A stretch of 54,431 nucleotides of DNA, counting the filler, from Diploschistes diacapsis (Eukaryota), in assembly GCA_023645945.1 (NCBI GenBank). It is 5 parts of 5 records of this genome, joined end to end, with 100 filler letters (N's around TTAATTAATTAA, not from the genome) between each part and the next. Parts side by side here need not be neighbours in the genome. Positions count along the whole stretch, not along the records: positions 32,747 to 43,545 come from JALAIB010000889.1; positions 43,646 to 54,431 come from JALAIB010000890.1; 3 more parts are not named here. The stretch is one strand, 5' to 3'. Below the pieces are notes generated by a model. The model saw nothing but the letters and a program-made list of their open reading frames with translations. It did not search any database and was not told the DNA's origin. Below are positions 36,791 to 49,159 of the stretch, piece by piece. The position numbers and the translations under genes are program-made. The stretch's first letter is position 1; the number at the start of each line of letters is the position of its first letter.

Positions 36791-39700
36791 TCACCATTCA
36801 CCAGATCCACGCCCAGCTTTGTGCATATCCAGCGGGCACCCGCCCTTGCCTAATGTACAATTGAGCTCCTCTGCGTACCTGACCTTGGGTCCAGCGCCTC
36901 GATCCAGCACGTTCCTTGCTTCGCCGAGTGGTGGGAGTCGAGGCAAATCGGCGTCGTCGTCACCACCTATATTGCGATTCTCATGCTCGTGCTCATCTTT
37001 ATCAGTCTTGTTCTCCACTTTTGTTTTCGCCTTAGGCTTGTTAGGCCTGGAAAAGGAGGTAGTGTCGTAACGCAGAAGGCAAGAAAGGTGAAAGGCGTGG
37101 AAGCAAGGGAAAGACAGTACAGCTTCCGGTTCGTGATCCAAGCCGTCATTATTCCTGGGCGCTGACAGATAGGAATCTTCGTCCACAAAAACCTCTCCGC
37201 AGCCACAGCAATGACCGTGCTTGATTTTGTCGGGGCCAATACGTCTCCGCGCTTTCCTATCTTCAACTGATAAGCTTGGTCTTCTTGTTGCGTGATCAAT
37301 CGAGACAATGTCAAAACGTATGCCACTCTTCTGCCCGGCTCGAAGTTTTGACATTCTTGTTGCGACCTCGCCGTGGAACACGCGTGCAGCGCCTTCGCTA
37401 ATACTATCTTGCAGCTCGAACTCTCTGATCATGCGAGTGAGAGAGTCCCGGAGACCCATGATCTCCAAACCCTCGGGTATCTTTCGCACCAGCTTAATGG
37501 GATCAATCGCCGTACCGATCTCTTCCAGTAGTGCTCGTATAAAGGCTGGCTTGTTCATGGAGTAATTGAGAAGATCATCCCAGAGGTCTAGATCATTCTG
37601 TTCTTTGGCGAAGGAAATGGCCTGAGAGACATCGTTCAGCTTTTCGATGATAATGAAGAGCGCCTTCTTTGTACGACCCTCTTTTGACAAGAGGTAGACG
37701 AACTCTGGAACGTAGTTACGCTTCTCGCAGATCGAAGATGCGAGCGACAAGGTATAGGACTGGGAAGCCTTGAGAAATTCGAACAGCAACGGCCGGTCGT
37801 ATTCGGCAAAGGAAGGCAATGCCGTATCCGCAAAGTCATTCACCAAAGACTTTCCCTCGTTAGCCAGACGATGGGTTGTGGCATCCCGAACTGTCCTCTT
37901 AGCCGCGGTATCGGGATCGTCCGCAGTGTCACCATTCCACAATGCACGAAAATAAAAGAATAGAAAGGGTTGCATGTCCTTTCGTAGGCTCAGTTGCTTG
38001 ACGACCATTGCTGGAGCCACGATTCCATGATGCGCTTCCAGTACAAGAAGCCGAATAGGCTCAGCAGAGAGCTCTTCAAGATCGCTCAAAGAGCCCTCTT
38101 TCTGCTGCTGTTTCGAAATCCGTAACAGCAGAAGCCCCGGTATATCATCGGCAACAACGTCAATTAGATGGTGTGTACGTATGAGTGCTAAAGCCGTATC
38201 TGCGTCTTGTAGCTTAATGTAACATTTCAAAGCGTCGCGGATCTGACCATTAGCAACGTAGAGCTTGGCTAGACATTCCATAAGGATCCGCCAGTCCCTA
38301 CCTTTGATACCATCTTCAGTACTCTCTTCTGTAACTTCTCCTGTCCGCAATTTGCTCTGGATGGCAGTAATCACACTTTCAATGTTAAAGAGTTCTGGAG
38401 ACCACCGATGTAAAAGCTCCACCAATCTCGGGCGATCTTGAGAAATATAGTAAGCCAGTATGAGTTCGTAAACTGTCGAAGACAAGGGGGGTCTCATGGG
38501 CTGAGTCGGGATATAAGGGGCGATTTCCGAATGTTTTTTGCTTTCGGCGAAAACCCATACCCAGTGCTCCCAGCTCGAAGCTGTTCCAAGGACCTTGCCA
38601 CAGACTTGCCCGGCAGTGGTCCAGTTATCCGCATCGACAAGCTGCTTGACCCACTTATCGCCGATTCGACGCTTCTCTTTCTCCGACTGAGAAAAGAAAT
38701 CTTTCGTTTTCTTGGTCGCAGAGGATGTGTCATCAAAGAAGTCGAACAGCGTATTAGACTGGGCCCTTGTTGGCGTGCTAGGGGTACTCGCTGTAGGTGT
38801 TCGCTCAGGGACTTCCGAAGCTCCACCTGCTGCATCTGGGTGGGCGTCTAGGTCGTTCCAAGCTTCTTCATATTTCTCGTGCTCCAAAAGCCATTTAAGA
38901 TGGTCAGACCGTGTCGGCTTGGTCGCAAGGACACAATCATATGGGCTATGGATAAAGATCTTCATACTCCGAGTAAGTAGAGCAGAATCAGGTGGCAGGG
39001 AAGGCTTGACTGGTATAAGGCCAGACGTTGACTCTTTGCCGAGAGTTCCTGATTTTCCGCCTGAACTATGGCCACTGCGCATACTAGCCCCTGATGTAAA
39101 AAGCTGAGCTGAGTAAAGGGTTGCATCCACCGCAGCCGATCCAAGAAATTTGCTTGAATACATGGAAGCATCCCATATGCTGCCTCCAATATTACCAAGC
39201 ACCTCCAAAGTACCTCTCTGCGTTGTTGTCTTTGTCGAAGCGCGCATGACGGGCAGGACTCCAAGATGATAGTCTGCAGCGGTAAGGCTCTCGAAACGAC
39301 TCACTTTCAAAGTGTCTGCCGACACTTCATTTGGAGGTTTAGTTGAGATATCTATAATCCTCATTTCTGGCTGTAAAGCATTTTGCCGTCGAGTGATACC
39401 CCTTTTAGGAGTACCTTCTGCTTTCTCTGAATGCCGACTGTGAATCTCTTGGGGTGTAACATATGCAAGGATAATAAGTAAATTTGGGGTATAAAGCGAA
39501 ACTCCGGACACAATGCAATCAGTTCGTAAACTGCGTAAGTTAGTCGAGAATGTCAAAAGCTTCCCTCAGAAGCTTACATCGTAACAACTTCAACCCTCCC
39601 AATTCTTCTATCTTTTCCAGTACCGCGGACACCATCTGAAATGTCGAGAACCCAAATAGAGCCTCCCCAGCCCACAACAAGCCTCTCTTTCTTCAACTCG

Positions 39701-40916
39701 ACACGCGTTACGTTCGTCGAGATGTTTGACCGTACAGACTGGTCGTCAGGTTCCACACCGTTCTTGGTCACACTGGGTATAGACTGGTCTTCATCTTCTA
39801 ATTCTAAGCCTTCCTCGTCAATCCACTCGGCGCGAGCCATCCAGACACTAGCCATCTCGTTCCATAAATCTCCACCAGGCCGATCAATATGGCTCACGCG
39901 CTTCCAGGCCCAGTCCAAATCTTCCGAACCCAGGTGAAGATGTGTGCGCATAATCTTGATGCCATACTCGTTCACCCAGACCACAAACTTCCCACTCAAT
40001 GACCACTTGATAATGCTGATGCTGCCTTCGCCTGAGTGAAGAACAGTGTCCGTGCCATTATTTGCGCCAAGGCCAAGTGCTCCCAGCCATCCGCTGCTTA
40101 GCGGGGTGCCTGATGTAGTGGTCGATGTTGCACTTTTACCAGCCTGGCCTCCAATTGTAAGGACAAGGTTACCCGCTTTTCCTCCCGATAGATATGTCCT
40201 GTCGCTTCTGTAGCTAGGCGAGACCGCAACTGCTTGGACCGGTCGACCGAATTTGCGGAGAACCACATCTTCTGGATGAACAAGCGAGGAGACGCAGACG
40301 TTGCCATCAATTGATGATGTTCCAATATAGATGTTATTCGAAGGCACATTCGGCACGGGGGCTTGCTTCTGGCCTTTTCCAACCGGAGAAGCAGTGTTTC
40401 TCAATGGCGACTCATTGCTTTCAGCAGTCGTCTTCTGGTCTGGGCGGACAGGAAGAGGTGGCGGGAACGGAGAGACGGAGATCGCGGAGACGGAGGCGAT
40501 ATGGGCGTGATAGACGCGAAGCGAATTGAACGATGGAAGTGAGAAGACATGCTTGAACCACTCTGAGCTGGAATTGCTCTTGTAACACGGGTTTATATCG
40601 ACGTACCACATTGCCATTATGTGTGCCTATTGCCTTGAAATACGTCAATGCGGCTATGCTGACAGTGAGGTTGTCTGAAACTCACCATCTTATCACCTGC
40701 CACCAGAAACGCACTAACAGCGTCGCCATTGCGATACAATGGCCCTTGGCCTTTCGTAAGCGCGGCATATTTCAGTCGTGGTTCGCCTTCCTCCTCATCG
40801 TCATCCTCCTCGCTTTCAGTACTGCTTCTCGACTCCTCGCTGCTGTCATGGGGCATATGCCTCTGCTTTTGAGGTGTTTCCGGTTCATCCTTGTGTCCCT
40901 GGGAGTCCGGCGCCAT
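36791..40916 (-). CDS. VPS41: Vacuolar protein sorting protein 41 (HOPS subunit), 4 exons
   Basis: EPRLKYAALTK...GDAVSAFLVAGDKM|AIGTHNGNV|HVFSLP; WD propeller; clathrin-repeat region (AISFAKEQNDLDLWDDLLNYSMNKPAFI); C-terminal RING-like CCGC..CFHAFHLSC..CP. Introns 40685-40634, 40606-40552 and 39577-39531. Confidence 0.96.
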
Positions 40917-41162
40917 CGAGGTCAGAGGGTAGAACCTCGAAGATATCGTTGTGGTGCGGTTCAAGATGTTCAAGACGTCGAGGGGCAATTGCCGCGAGCG
41001 CCAAGACTCGTGATTTGGCGAAATTGCTTTGTACGCCAAGCCGCCTTTCTTAACTACATGCTTCCATCAGACATTCCAAGCATTTGAGGATGATGCAGTG
41101 CGAGTCTTTTAGCCAATTTGGCCTCCCACGAAGAGGATTATAATGTGTGCTGGAGCCGCGAA

Positions 41163-42550
41163 ATGCGCATGCCCTTCCTGAACATCAAGCCGCTCTGCTC
41201 TGTCAAGGCTAAGGTTTCAATATCTTCTCAGCGCTTCTGCAGCCCACAAAATCTGTCAGATCAGCCTTTCATCACTTCGTTCTTTGCAGCACAATTCGTC
41301 AAGCGCTCCTTCTCGGTCAGTGTAGCACGGAAAAATGAAGCGATCGACGCGCCCAAGCCTTCTAAGCGAAAGTCGAGGAAGAAGCATGGTCCAGCAGCCA
41401 AGGCTTCCTTGGGACGAATAGCTCTGGAGGCAGAGCTGAGCCAGCGTAAAGATGTGTCGCTTCGAGCGCGTCCTGATTTGGGTGATCAAAGGAAGGTGAG
41501 TAACCGCCGCACCACAATTGCCATTTCATTAACATGTCGAAGCTTGTTACCGCCTACTGCATCGCCCAAGAATACGACATGAACCAAGTCCACAGTATTC
41601 TACGCAAACGTGGTATGCAAGTCGGCCCGTCCGGAACGCTTCTATATCCGGGAGGGCCCGAAGTAATTCATATCGAGATGCCTTTAGCAAAGGATGTGAT
41701 TCCTTACTTCTCAAGTTCTGGTGCTACAGACTCTGGGGATGTCTTCATTTTTCCTTCTGGTACTATAGTTTCGTGGAGTGTCCCAAGATCCCACATCAAT
41801 TTTTTGACCACCGAAGTACTTCAACCCGCAGCTAGGAAGGCGCTTGGGGAAGAAGCCGAGGACGAGAACCTAGAGTACTACGAGGATCCTAATGAGGAGA
41901 GAAGCTTTGTCAAAGCTGAGAACATTGTCCTTGGTACCAAGCTTCCTGCTACTTACGAGATGTCGGAATCAGAGCGCCAAGCTATGCAGGACAACCGACA
42001 CCGACCAATGCGCATCGTCCTTGCCAAGATCGCCTTCTCTTCCGGCCTTGCCCGCGCCACAAAGCTTGCAGTACTAGAAAACCTCGTCGACGAATACTCG
42101 CAGTCAAGCCGCGCTATCCTCTCGATTCTCATGCATGGAAGTATGCTACTGAAATCGCGCAAGTGGGTCTACGAGAAGATCGGGCAACTCCTGGATCTCA
42201 GAGCGCAATTGAACCTCTATTCGGAACTCGCAGACGACCTACCCGACCTGTTCTGGGACACGAAGCAAGAGCTCGGTCTCGAGAGCTACTATGACCAGGT
42301 GGGCAGGGCGCTCGACACTGAGATCAGAATCAAAACTTTGAACCAGAAGATGGACTACGCAGAAGAGATCATTCGTAACCTTCGTGACATGCGAAGCGAG
42401 ATTCACTCCTCGAGACTTGAATGGATTATTATAGGCTTGATTACGTTTGAAGTACTGTACGCAATTTATACGGAAGCGTTCCGCATCCCGGCACGTGATG
42501 CAGTCAAGACAGAGGTAGGGGCCAAACCCGCCCTTGCAGGATCGGATTGA
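41163..42550 (+). CDS. DUF155 / RMND1-Rmd1-Sif2 family protein, probably mitochondrial (Mrx10-like)
   Basis: Basic presequence-like N-terminus; VTAYCIAQEYD, DVFIFPSGTIVSW, AKIAFSSGLARATKLAVLE, LPDLFWD, RIKTLNQKMDYA, HSSRLEWIIIGLITFEV (C-terminal TM). Intron 41496-41542. Confidence 0.9.
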
Positions 42551-43545
42551 AAGCAGAGGAATCTGCTCATATAGCATACGATTCAATCTATCCCAAGCAT
42601 AAAGGGAGAAAACAGAATGAATTTGAAAATTGGATCGGTGAGTCATCTGCTAAGACGACCGTTGCGGCAGTACAACGAGAGAACAAGCGCATGAAATCGC
42701 TTAGAAGTCTAAGGGGAGCTCAGATGGTCTTCTGGTATGTTAAAGGTCCCTCACACTTGGCATACTGCTCATGAAAGAGGGAAGCTCCGTAAAAGGTTTT
42801 TTCTATACTTCGCAAGGAAAACAATATCCACTTACTATGTGGCCCCTATGGTGGCCAAGATCACCGTTCTCAGAGCTATAGATTTTCAACTGACAACTCG
42901 TGTGTACGATTATGCGCACTAAAAAGATCTCCATCTATCTCCCGCTCACGAAGAGAAGACATTGCCTTGGCTATTCTCGGTCAGAAACCCCACCCGGCAT
43001 AACACATCAGACACCTGAATTCTCAGCATGGAGTCAATCACCAACCAGACTAGCGAAAACTATGTCCTAGTAAGCTTCCAATTCGCAATATTCACCATGG
43101 TGGTCTTGCTTCGATACACTTGCCTTCCCCCAATGGGATTCAACTACAGTCCCATTACCTGATTTTTGCTCTGCTACCAGGTAAACCACAGGCGTCAGGC
43201 TATGCAGGGTTGGAAAATGTCTTCCTCACCTTGCACGCGTCTGCCGGCAGTTGTTCGGGCAGTTGTTCGGTGAATCGTACTGGAAAACTGCTGTTAAGTA
43301 ACTTACAGGGCATGTTTCGGGTACTACCACAACAACTATTGTTGCTGGCTGATCATGGCTGGCCATGGCATGCCTAGCTTGATACAACGTGGTATTCAAC
43401 CCCCCTATTGAGAACATAATTATTCTACCTCCCTACCTTTTTCTTCCTCTTCCAAGTATGCGTCCAAATATGCAGTACCTCTCTCATCTCCCCTCCTCCC
43501 AACGCAGAACCCTATCCAACGTTCTCCCTCCCTCTTTTCCAACCC

Positions 43546-43645
43546 NNNNNNNNNNNNNNNNNNNNNNNNNNNNNNNNNNNNNNNNNNNNTTAATTAATTA
43601 ANNNNNNNNNNNNNNNNNNNNNNNNNNNNNNNNNNNNNNNNNNNN
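43546..43645. other. Artificial contig spacer
   Basis: N44-TTAATTAATTAA-N44. Confidence 0.99.
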
Positions 43646-46600
43646 GTGTGTGTAAGTGAGGAACGAGTACCAAGTGCAAGTGCAAGCCCAAGGAGGAACA
43701 AGGGGCGTTGGTAGTCAGACTCGGAGTTTGGGGCTGCTACTACTACTACTAACTCACTGGGCACTCACTGGACCTGTAAGTGGGAGACATGGCTACTACG
43801 GCTTTGAATTGAATTCACTCAACTGAATAATAGCTTGGGCCCCCCCGGGGGGGTGGGAGCAAATCGCTCGGACTTAACTTGGAATTCCCATCACCATCCA
43901 TCCATCCATCCATCCATCCATTCCCCCCCAACTCGAGACTGGCGCGGTAAGATGCACCATCAACGCATCGCATCATCACGGTCCGTTAGGCGCCTACACC
44001 GCTTCCCATGTCGCATTCCCGGACTAGCCCCCATGTTTGGACGATTAATATAATCGATTAACGAGAGTGATTAACGGTTAATCGATTAATGGGATTAATG
44101 GGTCGTTAATCGGTTGATCAATTATATACACAGCTAGCTACCAAGACAAATCAGATCAGATCAGACCAGTCTCAGATGCGCACAAGTTCATGCGCATGTT
44201 AGTTTGGGATCTACTAAGCTTGCCTTTTCCGCCACTAGAGCATCGCTAAGTTAACCAACCCCCGGTGGTGGTCGCTGTGCCAGAAGCTGGTGCAAAATCC
44301 AACCAGCCCTGTCTTGGGGGACTTTTTCAAACCCGGTTAAATGGTTATGCTTCAACTTATCCTTTGTCACTAGACTCGCTGCTACCCCCCTCATTCCTCA
44401 CTACGGCACGCGCGAGACAGAACTGAATCGAACAATGACACCTGCAGCCTGCAGCAACTCATTAGGACCGACTCTGGCGGGATAGGGGTAGAAGGAGGCT
44501 ACCGTAGACAACTCTTTTTGGCAGGCAACCAACCACCAGCCCTTCAGTCCTTCAGTTCCGTGGCACCATCCTCTTAGTTCTTATGTGTTTCTGTGCCTCA
44601 GGCTCCATGCAGTGTTGTGACCTTGTGGTTAAAGGCCCTGTCTACCTGAAACGGAACTAACTAACTGCCTGCCTTGTTCGCAACTTGAGCCCCATTGGAG
44701 GGAACGCCTGCTCTCCGTTTGGCTCCTCTTCTCTCTTCTTCTCTGTTATTGTTCGTCTTCAACAGATCAACCTACAATCTGCGTACCATTATATACCTCA
44801 TCTTAGCCACTCAGACTTTTGCAAACCGACCCAAGCTGCTCTATATCGAGCCAATCTGCATAGCGTTGATAGCGATGCGTACAGTGCAACTTTAGTCATA
44901 TACTGGCAACACGTGACATAGACGGGACGCTCAAACTTGCTCTGGCGGGAAACTCCTAGAAAGAAATCCATCTACAAAGTGCATCTGCATATGACCGTTT
45001 CCCTAAGCTAAAATCATGGCCACATGGCTCTAGCGGGTTACTATTGAGACTGTCAAGAGAACCTTGCATCAACGCTCTCGAGGTAGGTTGCTTCCGTAAC
45101 CCCCTAAACGATAATTTGCTCCCTGCCCAAGCTGGTACTTTGAGAGCCATACTCAAAGTACGTCGTCCGCATGCCACCTGCTTTTAGTCAGAAGTCTCAG
45201 GGTAAAGAGTTTTGGCGAGCACAAAATTCCCAGAGGAGCGTTTGACTCTTGAGACTGTCTTAGGCAATAAAAATTTTGAGCTCATTCCAAGACATAAAAA
45301 AGAATGTCTCCCTAATTACGTTAAAAGGAAGCGCAACAGCTACTTAGTGTGCGCTTCTGTAAGCTGGATGACGCTGACTCCACTAAGTGGAGATCTGCTG
45401 CTTAGCAAGACTTTGCTTGTTGCTAGACGAGGAAAGCTGAGGCTTGAAACGAGGTTCGGAAGCCAGCCATGATTTTCAGCGCGGGGTATTAATTTGGCAC
45501 TCAGGAGTCATGGAGATCTAGCAAGATCAAAAGTGGATGGGCATTGACTTGCGGTTGCCGAAACATAGAAGCCAACAATGACGGAAGGAAAGCATCACCT
45601 CGTGGTCTGCGACCCAAGAGCTGGACAATTCGCCACGAACATTGACCGAAGGCAATGTGTTCAAAATGTCTTAGGTAAGAGCTTGGGAAGTTTGCGAGGA
45701 TCACTGGTTGAAGGCTGATAATATGCCGGCCAGGGCTTGGACGCACAGGAGCAAAGTCCCTTCGAGAAGCCCTTATAGAACTCGGTTATTTCGGTGTTTA
45801 TCACTATTGTTGCCGTATTGCAAAAAAATCCCAGAGATGCAGAGATGTCGACCTGAGCTCTGGAGTGGAAACTTATCTTAACCCTGAGAAGTAGTCCGGA
45901 GCAGTGGTACAAATCCGAGCCTCTTACCGTTCACCAAGTTCTGGTACGATCCATCCTTCGTTCCAAGACTCCTCAAGACCTTTGGCCCGCAGCAAGCAGG
46001 GCTGGGACTACTCTGTGGGTACCTCGGATGCGATGTGCGTCCATCACAAGCAGCAATGGGACGAGTTTGCTGGACAAAATGCTCAGATTGTTCGGCAAGT
46101 GGCAGTCACGAACTTTTTGAAATCATTAGTCTTGCCATTCACCGCTATCTCCGTGGTAGCCATTGGAACGTATGTAATGTGGGCCTGAAGCCCTGAACCT
46201 GCGGTTGTCTGGTTGTCTTGTGTCGTTTGCTTTGCAGATTCTTCGCTTCTTCGCTTCGGAACTTAACGTCTACACATCATTAGATTCAGTCAACTTAGAG
46301 AGTCTGGATGGCTTTTTAATGGTGCTAAACAAGCGTTAACGAAGCACTGCGAGGAATCAAAGTACATACTTCAAATTAGGATCCAGTTCTAGTAGATAGT
46401 ATCTACATGAAGAGAGCGAGGTAGTAGGAGAAACCTGATAAGAACATTCGTCATGTGAGACGACGTCATGCCCCCCGCCTCCAACTTTTCACTCTTCAAC
46501 TCTTCTAGATACTACTATCTCGCTTCAATTAATGGCTTAGAGTATCTGCATGTTTGGAGGATGATGCCACGAGTGACACGCTGATGAGCCATTTAATCAT

Positions 46601-46952
46601 TGGTTCAGAAGTCAACTGTAACCAACGAGCTCCTCGTCATTGTGCAGCAAGACTGGATCCTCGATGTTCTGTTCCGGGCCCGAGAAACAGCTGGACTTCT
46701 CATAACCAGTAGTAACCAGAGTAAGCTGTATAGTAGCACCTGTAGAGCAAAAGTCAAGGCAGCAAGCCGGTAATGTTAACCCCTCGATTGTGTCCCGCGT
46801 GTATCATCGTCCGCTAGATACCTATTAACCTGCCCTGCCTCTCTTTTCACCCCCTCACTTTCTTTACCCTGCAAACACACGCTGTATACCTACTATATCA
46901 CCACCATCACGAGGGACACCCACGCGGCCAGTTCTCCCCGACTTCATCCACA

Positions 46953-48459
46953 ATGGAAACTGCCAAAGAACTTTACAACACCGCGAGCAAAATGGTATTC
47001 GGCGACAGCGAGACCCAGAATCCGACCGGAGGTGTGGAGCCAAAATCTGGACAGACTGGCGAAGGCACCGTAGAAAACCCGTACGACGCCGGTAATGCGA
47101 CAGGTAGGGTATCTACTTTCCCCCATTAGTCTCGCATGCTACAAACTAACGCCTTGTTCCCTAACCAGGCGAGCCGGCCAATAAGGAGTCTTCAGCGACT
47201 GGCTTGACAGGCAGCGGAGATACGACCAATACCGCTTCATCTCTGGCTGGAGCAACCGGTACGACAGCTGGTGGAGAGACAACTAATGCGACATCATCTT
47301 TGAGTGGTACGACGGACACGCTGGCCGGCGGAGACTCGACCACTACCGGCTCATCCATGACCGGAGCGACAAGCGGCGGAGATCCTGGCGACACTGCGTC
47401 ATCCCTGAGTGGCACTTCAGGCACGATGGGAGGTGGAGACTCGACCAACACAGCGTCGTCTGTGACCGGAACGACTGGTGGTGGAGTCTCAAGCGGCACT
47501 GCGTCACGTGTTATGAGTGGAGCGACTGACAGTGGAGACCTGAGCAAGACTGCATCTTCTACGACCGGGGGGACAGGAAGTGGAGACCTAGGCAATACCA
47601 CGTCATCTACTACTGGAGCGATAGGTAGTGGAGACTTGGATAATACTGCGTCATCTACTACTGGTGCTACGGGGACCGGAGGCCCAACTAATACGGCATC
47701 ATCTACGACCGGGACGACAGGTGGTGGAAATTCAACCGACACGGCATCATCGACGACCGGGATCACAGGTGGTGGGGATTCAACCAAGGCTGCGTCAAGT
47801 ATTATGGCCGGAGCGACGGGGAGCGAAGGTCCAAGCGACTCGGCGTCATCTACAACTGGAGCGACGGGCAACACCATAGGCCTTGACGTGGGAGCTGCCG
47901 CACCTGAGTCCGGCGCCCAGCAGGGGCAGAAGCAGCAAGGTGCTGATCGGCCTCACGAAGAGCCCGATGCCGAGAACAGCGACGCCATTGCGAGCAAGAA
48001 AGCAGACGCCGAAGATGCAATGAAAAAAGACACCGGCGACACTGCCGATACTGGTACTTCTGGAGATGCTGGCCAAACCGGCGACCAATCCCAGCCGCTG
48101 GGAGGAGACGACAAGAAGGAGGGAGGTGGCCAGAAGGAGAGCCTGGGATCTACGAGCAAGGAATCTGGTACGGGCACCAAGTACGTCAAGAGCTCGGGTA
48201 TGGCTGCCGAGGGTGGAGATTTTGATGCTACGAAGCCCGGTGCTGGGAGAGAAGCTGATCGTAAGTCTTTTGGCATGAACCTGTCAATCTCACGTGCTAA
48301 TGATACGCAGGTCTTTTGGAAGAGAAGGGCGTTCACCGCGACGGCGGAAATAGCGGTGCGCCTCAGGAGATTCCTGGTGCTTCAGCCGCGGACTCTTCGG
48401 ATAAGCCAAGCATGGGGCAGAAGATCAAGGATAAGTTGCACATTGGCAAGAAGAGCTGA
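46953..48459 (+). CDS. Hydrophilic Gly/Thr/Ser-rich repeat protein (fungal family often labelled 'glycine-rich cell wall structural protein'), 3 exons
   Basis: METAKELYNTASKMVFG...EPKSGQTGEGTVENPYDAGN at the N-terminus, and GTGTKYVKSSGMAAEGGDFDATKPGAGREADR|LLEEKG...MGQKIKDKLHIGKKS at the C-terminus. Introns 47104-47168 and 48261-48310. Confidence 0.85.
47216..47872 (+). repeat. Coding tandem repeat, 13 units of 16-19 aa (consensus GDxTNTASSTTGATGx)
   Basis: Units read directly from the translation: eight of 16 aa, two of 17 aa, three of 19 aa. Confidence 0.92.
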
Positions 48460-49159
48460 GCGTTGCTGCTGTTCGAACTAACGATCTACGCTGATTGGGC
48501 TGTTTGGCGTTGCTGGGTTTTCCTAGCCAAGTAGCAGAGTTTGACTTGAAGCGATAGGACAATGCCCACAATGATATACCTAGTTAGTATGCAGGAGATC
48601 AATTTACCGTGACGAATACTGTACCGACGGTGCCAGTAAAATCAAAGACTCCAATTACTACAATATAGCATATAGTGATGTTGTATCGTGAGCCTTCACC
48701 AGCCAGCCGGAGTCAACTCCGTAGCACGTGAATCGCGTTTGTGGGCGTTGAACCCCCCCACCTTTTCTTCTTTTCGATTGTTTGACTACTGTCCAGCGTC
48801 GTCGAATCTGCATATCCCCTCGATTCAAAAATTCATGGCAGGTATGACTTCGCATATGGGGCTCCGTTCTTCCTCTGAAACGCTTGGAACATCTGGGCGT
48901 CATAGATGCCATGCTAACATTTAATATGCACGGTGAATAGAAGCTGTTACTGTAGGCGGCAAGCGCAGGACGACGTGATGTCATTAACAACGAACAAAAC
49001 AAAACTGAAGCGTTCCTGCCTCTTGTGGATCTCATCATTCGAATTTTACTGCATGTCATTTTCGTCATGTTTGTCCGAAGATACTTCCGTTTTGCTTCTG
49101 CCTCCAGGCATTGCAACCACAACTCCCGCGCAGTCATCGGCAGAGCAGCGTTGAGGACA

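Noticed and set aside
45480..46188. Stop-interrupted protein-like frames ending in a hydrophobic segment
   Set aside because: No family recognised; too weak to call as a gene or pseudogene.
47161..47877. 238-aa minus-strand ORF of PPVVPVVDDAV repeats
   Set aside because: Antisense shadow of the plus-strand Thr/Gly/Ser repeat; the plus strand has the splice sites and conserved termini.
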